Shown here one piece after another: positions 24,735-34,815 of a stretch of 64,000 nucleotides of DNA (within the stretch, counting starts at the first letter, position 1; every line of letters starts with the position of its first letter). Under the pieces are notes generated by a model. That model did no database searches, had not been told where the DNA came from, and worked only from the letters and a program-made list of their open reading frames with translations. A program made the position numbers and the translations under genes. Source of the stretch: Mobula birostris (taxonomy: Eukaryota); NCBI RefSeq assembly GCF_030028105.1, contig NC_092401.1, positions 29,626,399-29,690,398 of the forward strand, given 5' to 3'.

Positions 24735-25796
24735 AGACATAGAAAACCTACAGTACAATACAGGCCCTTCGGCCCACAGAGTTGTGCCGAACATGTCCCT
24801 ACCTTAGAAATTATTAGGCTTACCTATAGCCCTCTATTTTACTAAGCTCCATGTACCTATCTAAAAGTCTCTTAAAAGACCTTATCGTATCCGCCTCCAC
24901 CACCGTTGCCGGCAGCCCATTCCACGCACTCACCACTCTCTGAGTAAAAAACTTACCCCCTGACATCACCTCTGTACCTACTCCCCAGCACCTTAAACCT
25001 GTGTCCTCTTGTGGCAACTATTTCAGCCCTGAGAAAAGGCTCCTGACTATCCACACGATCAATGCCTCTCATCATCTTATACACCTCTATCAGGTCACCT
25101 CTCATCCTCCGTCGCTCCGAGGAGGAAAGGCCGAGTTCATTCAACCTATTCTCATAAGGCGTGCTCCCCAATCCAGGCAACATCCTTGTAACACACACAA
25201 AAAATGCTGGTGAACGCAGCAGGCCAGGCAGCATCTATAGGAAGAGGTACAGTGGATGTTTCGGGCTGAGACCCTTCGTCAGGACTGATCCTTGTAAATC
25301 TCCTCTGCACCCTTTCTATGGCTTCCACATCCTTCCTGTAGTGAGGTGACCAGAACTGAGCAGAGTACTCCAAGTGGGGTCTGACCAGTGTCCTATATAG
25401 CTGCAACATTACATCTCGGCTCCTAAATTCAATTTCACGATTGACGAAGGCCAATACACCGTATGCTTTCTTAACCACAGAGTCAACCTGCACAGCTGCT
25501 TTGAGCATCCTATGGACTCAGACCCCAAAATCCCTCTGATCCTCCACACTGCCAAGAGCTTTACCATTAGTACTATATTCTGCCATCGTATTTGACCTAC
25601 CAAAATGAACCACTTCACACTTATCTGGGTTGAACTCCATCTGCCGCTTCTCAGCCCGGTTTTGCATCCTATCAATGTCCCGCTGTAATCTCTGACAGCC
25701 CTCCACACTATCCACAACACCCTCAACCTTTGTGTCATCAGCAAATTTACTAACCCATCCCTCCACTTCCTCATCCAGGTCATTTATAAAAATCAC
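24735..25796 (-). mobile_element. Fairly young CR1 3' fragment inserted into a V-SINE and carrying a nested short element
   Basis: KFADDTKVEG, LVRPHLEYSAQFWSPHY, FFTQRVVSAWNGLP. Host SINE halves lie at ~24590-24730 and ~25840-25925. Confidence 0.92.
25192..25287 (-). mobile_element. 96-bp hammerhead-containing short retroelement with 10-bp target-site duplication
   Basis: TSD atccttgtaa at 25182-25191 and 25288-25297. Minus strand reads CAGTC CTGACGA A GGGTCTCAGCCC GAAAC ATC CACTG ... (TG)n tail. Confidence 0.85.
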
Positions 25797-25929
25797 GGTG
25801 GAGGGGTCCTGGAACCCTTGCTCTTTGTGATTTTATATAGTCCATGGGGAAAATGTACAGAGCAGTGCTGGACTGAATTCCAAAATCCGGAACGCCTTGA
25901 GCTTTAATAGCGTTGTGCTAACCACTGGT

Positions 25930-26430
25930 CATAGTCATAGTCATACTTTATTGATCCCGGGGGAAATTGGTTTTCGTTACAGTTGCACCATAAATAATAA
26001 ATAGTAATAAAACCATAAATAGTTAAATAGTAATATGTAAATTATGCCAGTAAATTATGAAATAAGTCCAGGACCAGCCTATTGGCTCAGGGTGTCTGAC
26101 CCTCCAAGGGAGGAGTTGTAAAGTTTGATGGCCACAGGCAGGAATGACTTCCTATGACACTCTGTGTTGCATCTCGGTGGAATGAGTCTCTGGCTGAATG
26201 TACTCCTGTGCCCACCCAGTACATTCTGTTGTGGATGGGAGACATTGACCAAGATGGCATGCAACTTGGACAGCATCCTCTTTTCAGACACCACCGTGAG
26301 AGAGTCCAGTTACATCCCCACAACATCACTGATATGAATGAGTTTGTTGATTCTGTTGGTATCTGCTACCCTCAGCCTGCTGCCCCAGCTCACAACAGCA
26401 AACATGATCGCACTGGCCACCACAGACTCG
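25930..26430 (-). mobile_element. Rex-Babar-like non-LTR 3' end
   Basis: MLSKLHAILVNVSHP..STFSQRLIPPRCNTE..KSFLPVAIKLYNSS, a minus-strand AATAAA, and a (gactat)n tail at 25930-25946. Confidence 0.8.
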
Positions 26431-26822
26431 TGTGACACCATACATACTACTGTGACCCCCGATGTTGTCCATCAGATTTTAAGTGTGAAGACATGGGTGT
26501 TCTTACCGTTGAACTCTTCGTGGATTTTCTTTTCCAGAAAGGAGCGATCTGTGTTTGAATGCAGCAGGCTTTAGAAGACCAAAAGGCAAGGCAGTAAAGC
26601 TAGACCAGGTCAGAGAGCTTAATGTACATCACACGCACCCAACAGAGAGACAGAAAAAGCCGCAGGGAGACAGGAAAACAGTACACCATGGCTGAGAGTA
26701 AAAAAGAAAGGAACAGGATTTGGGAGGAGCCGAAAGACAGAAGGGCTCACACACAACAGACTGCTGTAAGTGAGAAGCAGTGGTGCGCTGCTGGCTGCAC
26801 AGGTGTGGGAGTTTGGGACAAA

Positions 26823-27470
26823 GTGATTGGGTGAGCTGATGGGGCATGGGCATGTGATTGGGTGAGCTGATGGGGCGCGGGCATGTGATTGGATGAGCGG
26901 AGGGGGCGGGGTATATAATTGAATGTGGTGACAGTAGGGGAATGACAGGGGTTATGGGGAAGCATAACTGGGTAAACCAGAAGGGGGTTGATTTATTGGG
27001 TATACCGGGTCACGGATGTTGGGTGGCTACTCGTACTGGGTCACGTGGGATGAATGATTGCGCTGACCAGGTCATGGGAGAATGAGTGATTGGACGTACT
27101 GGTTCAGGGCTGCTCAGGATGAGAGTCAGAGTGTACTTGGTCGTGGGCATGAGTGACAGGGCCTACTGGGTTGGGGGTTGGTTGTTGAGTGACTGGATCA
27201 CAAGGGAAGAGATCTTGGGCCAACTAGCTCACGGGGGAAGAATAACTGACTGAATGGGCCAACTGGCCCATGGGGGACAAATGACCGAGCAATTGGGCCA
27301 AATGGCCCACAGGGGATGAGTGACTGACCAAGCGTACCAGGGCAGGGTTCGGTTGAACTGGTTGGATGAGAAGTTGTAAATATAACTGGTGTTGGCTGGT
27401 TGGGGGAAATGAATGGACTTTGGTGAGAGGTGTACACGTGATCCATTGGAAGAGTAGGTGTGTGTCAAGG
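26823..27470 (+). repeat. G-rich degenerate minisatellite; first three units have a 31-bp period
   Basis: gtgattgggtgagctgatggggc..gggcat occurs 2-3 times, followed by many decayed tgattgg/tgactgg/tactggg units. Confidence 0.65.
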
Positions 27471-28109
27471 TATGAGGTGCTGTTAGAGTTATTGGTTTAA
27501 CATGGAATTAAAAAAATAATTGAAGGAGAAAGAATATCTAAGGAGAGGGCAATTGGACAATCTGGATTACCGCTGGGAAAGTTCCTGCAAACTATTTTTG
27601 CTCAGCACAGAATGCTGGAGAAACTCAGCAGGTTAGGCAGCATCTATGGCTCATCTGCCTATCACTTCCCACTGGGTTCCCTCCTTCTTTTCCTTTCTCT
27701 TTCTACGCTCCTCTCCTGTCAGATTCCTTCCTCTCCTGCCCTTTACCTTTCCTACCCACTTGGCTTCACCTGTCACCTTCTAGCTTCCCCTCCCCCTACC
27801 TTTTCCTGATGAAGAGTCTTGGCCCACAACATCAACATTCATTTCCATAGATGCTGCCTGACACGAGTTCCTCCATCATTTTGTGTGTGTGTGTGTGTGT
27901 TGTTTTGGATTACGAGTAACTACAGAATCTTGTGTGATCAAGTATTTTTGTGTATTCTTTTGGCAGTGGGTATTCTTGGGCCAGCTTTTGCTGCCCTAGG
28001 GAGAGTGAATGGTAGCCACCTTCTTGAACGTCTTGTCTGTCTGGGGGGGAGGGGAGGTGGGAGCTCCGTCAGTGATCTTGTGCAGGGAGTGCATGGGTTT
28101 GGACTCTTC

Positions 28110-29640
28110 CACAGCAAAGGAGCACTAAGGTGACTAGAGTGAGGGTAAGACTGATCAGGCAGAGAAGAGAAAATGTGCCTGGAGTCGGAGGAGGTAGGGA
28201 AGGTGTTTAATAAATACTTTTATTCAGTATTCACCAGTAATAGGGACTCTAATGAATGTGAGGACAATGTTGAACAAGTTCATACACTGGAACATGTCAA
28301 TGTTAAGAAAGGGGATTTGCTGGATCTAGAGGAAAAACACTAGGATAAGTAAGTCCTGGGGGCAGATGGGGTATACCTCCTGTTACTACAGAAAGTGAGG
28401 GAAGCGACTGGTGCACCTTTGGCGATCTTCTTTGTGTCCTCACTGGCCACAGGAGTAGTATCAGATGGTCGGAGGGTGGTAAATAGGATAACCCAAGGTT
28501 TATGAGCACTTAGAGAAGCAGAGTCTGATTGTAGTCAAAATGGCTTTGAGAGGGCAGGTTGTGCCTCACAAGGCTGACTGAGTACTCTGAGGATGTGACA
28601 AAACAAATTGATTAAGGTAGAGTGATAGATGTGGTGTATATGGATTATATTAAGACATTAGACAAGGATCTTTATAGTAGGATCATTCAGAAGGACAGGA
28701 AGCATGAGATCCAGGGAAACTTTGCTGTGTGGATTCAGAATTGGCTTGCACACAGAAGGCAGAGAGTGGTCAATGGAGTGTATTGTGCTTGGAGAACTGT
28801 GACCAGTGGTGGTCCACAGGGGTCTGCTCTGGAACCCTTGTTGTTTGTGATTGTTTTTATATATAATGGAATTGAATGAGGAAGGGGATGGGTGGGTTAG
28901 TAAGTTTGCAGATGAAACAGAGGGTGGTAGTGTTCTAGATATTGTGAAAGGACATTGACTGGACGCAGGGCTGGGCAGAGAAGTGGTAGATGGAATTCAA
29001 CCCAGAAAGTTTGAAGTAATTCACTTTTGAAGGTCGAACTTGAAGGCAGAAGACAGGTGTAATGACAGGATTCTTAACAACAGAAAAACAGAGGGTTCTT
29101 GGAATTCATGTCAATAGATCACTCAAAGTTGCTGTGCAAGTTGGAGTAGTTGAGGTGTATGGTGTGTTGGCCTTCATTAGTTGGGGATTGAGTTCAAGGG
29201 TTCTGAAGTAACGATGCATATAACAGTTTTATGACACACTGGTTAGACCACACTTGAAGTATTGTGTTCAGTTCTGGTTGTTTTATTTTAAGAAATATGT
29301 GGGAGCTTTTGAGAGAGTGCAGGGGAGATTTACTAGTATGCTTCCTGGATCAGAGAACATGTTGTTTGAGGACAGGTTGACTGAGCTAGGTTTGTTTGGT
29401 TTGGAACAAAGGAGGATAAGAGTGTACAAGATGCTGAGAGGCATAGATTGAATGGGCAGTCAGAGACTTCTTCTAAAGGCAGAAATTGACAATAAGAGGA
29501 GGCATAAGGTGTATGGTGTAAGCGGACTTTCGGAGATGGGTTTCTTAGACGGAGTGGTGGGTGCCTGGAACGCACTGCCAGAGGTGGTGGTGGAAACAGG
29601 TGCAAATGCACCATTTAGGAAATATTTAGACTGGCAAAGA
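28110..29640 (+). mobile_element. Decayed CR1 in RNF11-like intron 1
   Basis: WIQNWLAHRRQRVV..VTSGGPQGSALEPLLF and KYCVQFW..ERVQGRFTSMLPG. Confidence 0.85.
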
Positions 29641-30104
29641 GCTTGGTCCTCCGCTGTACTGGTCCAATCCATGCATTGAGTGCATTTCAGCATCTTCCAG
29701 ATTCATTCACGGCTCCTATCAGAAATCAAGGGCACCTGCTTCCCTCCAAGTTACATACCATGCTGATGTGGAAGAGTGTGACATAGACCATATAGGCCCT
29801 CTGGCCCATGTTGCTGTGCTGACCTTTTACCCACTCCAAGATCAGTCAAACCCTTCCCTCCCACATATTGCTTCGCTTTTCTACCATCCATGTGCCTGTC
29901 TAAGAGTCTCTTAAATGTTCCTAATATATCTGTTTCTACCACAATAACATTAAAGACTGCTTACCATATTCGTATTTGACACTCTCTAGCTTAATGATAT
30001 TTATTGTTTAGTTGCTAAAGTCTTGATAACTCAGTTAATTGATGTTGGCTTCTGAGTTTGCTATTTGCTGTGATACCTTAACAATATTTTGCTCCATGAG
30101 CCTA

Positions 30105-30890
30105 TCAACCTGTGCTAAATATACTAATGATTTGGCTTCTACAGCCATCTGTTGCAATGAATTCCACAGTGTCAGCACCCTGTGGCTAAAGAAATCCTTT
30201 CTAATCTCTGTTCTAAAGGGGCATCCCTCTATTCTGAGGTTGTCTGCTGATATCAGACTCCTTTCAATATTTAATAGTTTTCAATGAGATTCCCCCCCTT
30301 TATTCTAAACTCCAGTGAGTACAGATCCACAGCCATCAAATAATCCTAGTCCATTAACCCTTTCATTCCCAGGATAATTTTTGTGAACCTTGTCTGTCTA
30401 GAATGCCAGTACATCCTTTCTCGGATATAGGGCCCAAAACTGCTCTCAGTACTCCAGTTGCAGTCTGACCAATGCTTTATAAAGCTTCAGGATTACATTT
30501 TTGATTTTATATTCTGTTCCTCTCAAAATGAATGCTAGTGTTGCAATTGCCTTCCTTACCACTGACTCAACTTGCAAGTTAACCTTTAGGCAATCCTGTA
30601 TGAAGACCCCCAAAAACCTTGCAGCTCTGATCTCTGAATTTTCTCCCCCTTTAGAAAATACACCTTTATCTACCAAAGTGCATGACCATACACTTCCCTA
30701 CACTGTATTTCACTTTTTTGCCCATTCTCTTAATCTCTCTAAGTCCTTCTGCAGACTCCCTCTTCCACAACACTGCTTGCCCGTCTATCTATCTTCATAT
30801 CATCTGCAAACTTGGCAACAAAGCCATCAATGCCATCATCGGGATCGTTGACACATAATGTGAAAAGAAGTGGTCCTAGCACTGACTCCT
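30105..30890 (-). mobile_element. Decayed CR1
   Basis: [23 protein letters not shown] and LYKALVRLQLEY. Confidence 0.85.
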
Positions 30891-30941
30891 TCGAGCTATC
30901 AGCAGCGAACGAGGTAGGAGCTGTGGAGGGCATCTGTGGAG

Positions 30942-31040
30942 AGTCCTGATGAAGGGTCTCGGCCCAAAACGTCGGCCGTTTATTCCCCTCCATAGATGCT
31001 GTCTGACCTACTGAGCTCCTTCAGCTTTTTGTGTGTTGTT
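30942..31040 (+). repeat. Hammerhead-family short repeat just upstream of RNF11-like exon 2
   Basis: agtc-ctgatga-a-gggtctcggccc-aaaac-gtc, then the tail catagatgctgtctgacctactgagctcc..tgtgtgttg. Confidence 0.8.
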
Positions 31041-31086
31041 GGGTGAAACTCCAGGTTACCCGAGAAATTATTTCCACGTGTTTCAG

Positions 31087-31256
31087 GAGCAACCACGAGT
31101 TCCAGTTTATCACCCAACACCGAGTCAAACCCGCCTGGCAACACAGCTGACAGAGGATGAACAAATCCGAATAGCGCAGAGGCTTGGCCTAATCCAGCAC
31201 CTTCCCAAGGGCAGCTTTGACAGAGGCAAGGAAGCCCAGAGCAAGAAGATCAAAGA
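31087..31256 (+). CDS. RNF11: RNF11-like, coding exon 2 (170 nt)
   Basis: Acceptor tttcag|GAG. Encodes EQPRVPVYHPTPSQTRLATQLTEDEQIRIAQRLGLIQHLPKGSFDRGKEAQSKKIK(E), very close to the RNF11 middle region. Donor GA|gtgagt, phase 2. Confidence 0.95.
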
Positions 31257-32794
31257 GTGAGTATCCTGGTGGTTAAAAATTACTCAAACTGTTATCCCAG
31301 AGCATTCTAGGGGAGGACAAGGAGTGACTGTCCAGGTAACGACAGCTGGTGGTTAAATTACTCAGACCATGATCCCAGGGTTTATGTTGTTCTGTGGTTT
31401 CCAGGAATTTTAACTAACCAAATTATTGTCGACCATGGTATTACTGGGTTGTGATTGGTTCACTGGCAGGGGGTTACTTTTATTTAATACTTAATGACCT
31501 GTCACCAAACCTCTCCATTTTTCACCCCTCATGACCTACCATATTTATATTTATTTACAGATACAGAAAAATAACAGGCCCTTCTGACCAACAGGCCTGC
31601 ACTGTCTAAGCGCACCTTTGTGGCTAAGTAACCTATAACCCATGGAGGAAACCAAAATAGGTGGAGGATATTAAACCATGTAGTCGGGGGGAGAATGTAC
31701 AAGTTCCTTACAGATGATGGTGGGAATTGAACTTTAGCTGCTGGCACTGTAATGTGTTAACCACTCTGTTACCTGAATTTAATTTGTTTCTGGGCTGCAG
31801 ACATTTCTTGCTGCCTTTTGAGAAGCTGGTGAATCACTGTTGTCTTTATACTGCCTCATTGGGCCGTTAGGAGGAATGTCCGTTGACAATGAAGGAACGG
31901 TTTGTTTCCATGTCAGGATTGCTTGTGTCGACAGGTTCCCCTTCATCCTCCCTCATGAGATCATTCAGTCTGTCAAAGTTCAAAGTAAATTTATTATCCA
32001 GGTATGTATATGTCACGATATACTACCTTGAGATTCATTTTCTTTCAAGCATTCACAGTATAGTGAAGAAATGCAATAGAATTTATGAGAAAACATACAT
32101 AAACACTGACAAGCAATCATTATGCAAAAACAGGCAAACTGTGCAAATACAGGTCCTACAAACAATATTACATAAATAGTAAGTAAATAATACTGAGAAC
32201 GTGAGTGGTAGAGTCCTTAAAAGTGTGTCCATAGATTGTGGAATCACTTCAGAGTGATATTCCCACTCATCAGAGCAATTCCAAATTAACCCTTCCATCA
32301 CTTATTTCCCTGTCACCTGTTCTCTCTCTCTTCTGCCCATTAATACACCCACCCCCAGTTTTCCACACCCACCTTCAACAGGGGCAATGTGCACTAGCCA
32401 ATTAGTCCAGCAATCACTGCCTCTCTGGGTGGTGGCAGGAAACCCATGTAGTCACATGAAGATCATGCATACAAACTCTGCACAGAGCAGCAACTCCCAG
32501 GTGACTGGACTGGTGATACATTAGCTGTGGAGACCAGTTGGGAATGACTGATTAATATTGCTGTTTTGTAGCAGCGTTTTCATCATGTGTGAGTGTGCAG
32601 GGAGCTTCCCAGGGTGCTGTGATGTAGTAGGTAGAAGATATTCTTACAGACATGGGTAGCTTATCCAGTCTCCTGTGCATTGATGCAGCAGGTAGTGTTG
32701 CTGCCCTTCAGTTCCAGTGCCTGATAAAAGTTGTTTCTCAGTCTTTGTGTTGTTGTTGTCTTTGTTTATGGTTTTTCGTTAAATTATATTGTAT

Positions 32795-33250
32795 TTAGAG
32801 AGTATAGAACATTACAGTACAGGCCCTTAGGCCCATGTTGTTATGCCAACTTTTTAACATTGATATCTCTTCTCTCCCCCGCCCCCAATACTTTCCTCCT
32901 ATCACCTTAAAAATTATGTTCCCTTGTATTTGCCATTTCCATCCTGGGAAAAAGATTTCGGCTGTGCACTTATTATGCCTCTTTATCATCTTGTACACCT
33001 CTATCAAGTTACCTCTCATCCTCCACTGCTCCAAAGTTAAAAGCCCTAGGTTGCTCGTAAGAAATGCTCTCTAATCCTGGTAAATCTTCTCTAAAGATCC
33101 CACATCCTTCTGTAATGAGGTGACCAGAACTGAACACAATATTCCAAGTCTGACCAGAGTTTATATTTGCAGCATTTCCCTGCGGCTCGAACTCATTTCC
33201 CCAACTAACAGACCATATGTTTTCTTATCAACCCTATCAACTTGTGTGGC
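32795..33250 (-). mobile_element. CR1 3' fragment in intron 2
   Basis: RMRGNLIEVYKMIK and CR1 3' UTR. Confidence 0.75.
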
Positions 33251-34643
33251 AGGTTATTTTTCCTGTAAATGCCTGCAATAAAAAAAAATAATCTTGGGGT
33301 ATATGGTAATATAAACATTGATAATAAATTTACTTGAACTTTTACCTGGTTTCAAATCCCACATCCGCTGCTTCAGTGTGGAGCTCTTTCTCCCTTGTGG
33401 GTTTATCCTGGATATTTTAGTTTCCTCCCTCATCCAAGCTCTGTGTGGGTTGGTAGGTTAATTGGCTCCTAGTACGTGGGTGAGAGGTAGAACCTGGGGG
33501 CAGTTAATGAGAATGTGGGGAGGATAAAATGAAATCAGTGAACATGGTTATATTTTCTAAGGTATATCAGATGGGCTGAATGACCTGTTTCTGTGCTGTT
33601 TGCCTTTGGAATGATAAATTCTGAATTGGCTTCTCTACATGTTTCAGGCTGTAGTCAGATATAAAACTAAACCCGGTCCAGCCTCGGCCGGACTGAACCT
33701 CAACAGCTTTAACCTATTCCCTGATGTGACCTGACTCAACCCTAAGGCTTTTACACTATACTGTGTCCAACAACTGACCTGAGTCACTGAACATTCACGC
33801 CTCGCAGTGTCACTTGCTGTCTCCGCAGTGAGTAGTTGTCATTGCCTGTTTGTGGTACTCACGCACACAGAAAACTGATGCCCACAGAAATACCTCCCAA
33901 GCTTGGGAAGGCAACCAACCAGCTGAGCACAGCATTTCCTGGTCCGGTTGGGGCTTCCGTGTACCTATCCTGATCCAGACCCATGCAGGCCTCCAATGAG
34001 CTCAGACTCTGAACTTGGGGTTAGAACATAGAACGTAACAGCGAAGTCCAAGCACCGAAGAAGATATAAATAACTTGGAAACACAGGAGAGGTATAAGGG
34101 AAGGGGCCCAGGTGTCTATCTCTGCTGCTGTTGTTGTTCCAGGTCCCAGTGGGTTAATTCTCAAAGTACAAATGCCTGTAAATCCCTGTTTCACTAATGA
34201 CCGTAACCTTGTATTCTAGGGATGCCGACCATCCTGCTGGTGGGCACAGGGTCTCCACATTTATTCTTGGCTCTTCTTCAGAGTTTTTCTCTTCTGCAGA
34301 ATGAGGGCGATCCCTCTGGATAATTGAACTCTCCTCAATTGGGGGGGGGTGGTGTAGTCGATCTTCAGTCTTCATTCTCCTCCCCACAGTGCCCAGAGCT
34401 ATACACTCCATCCCACCAGCTGAGGTCTAATCGCTGCTTTCCAACTTTCTACCCTGTGCCTCTGCTTATAAAGCACATAATTTGGTTTGTTCCCTGTTTG
34501 TGTACACCAGCCATCTGCTCTCTGTTGTTCCATTTATATGCTAAAGTCACAGAGTATTATAGCATGGAAATAGGCCCTTTGGCCCATCTAGTCCATGCCA
34601 AACTGCTGGTTAAATAATTTTGGTGTGCTGTTTGTCCTCCCAG

Positions 34644-34815
34644 GTGTGTGATCTGTATGATGGACTTTGTGTATGGCGACCCGATCCGGTTCCTGCCGTG
34701 TATGCACATCTACCACGTGGAATGCATCGATGAGTGGCTCATGAGGTCCTTCACTTGCCCGTCATGTATGGAGCCTGTGGATGCTGCCTTGCTGTCTTCC
34801 TACAAGACCAACTGA
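34644..34815 (+). CDS. RNF11: RNF11-like, coding exon 3 (RING-H2 domain and stop)
   Basis: Acceptor ctcccag|G. Encodes CVICMMDFVYGDPIRFLPCMHIYHVECIDEWLMRSFTCPSCMEPVDAALLSSYKTN* (C3H2C3 RING). Phase matches exon 2; total CDS 501 nt = 166 aa. Too short to appear in the supplied ORF track. Confidence 0.96.
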
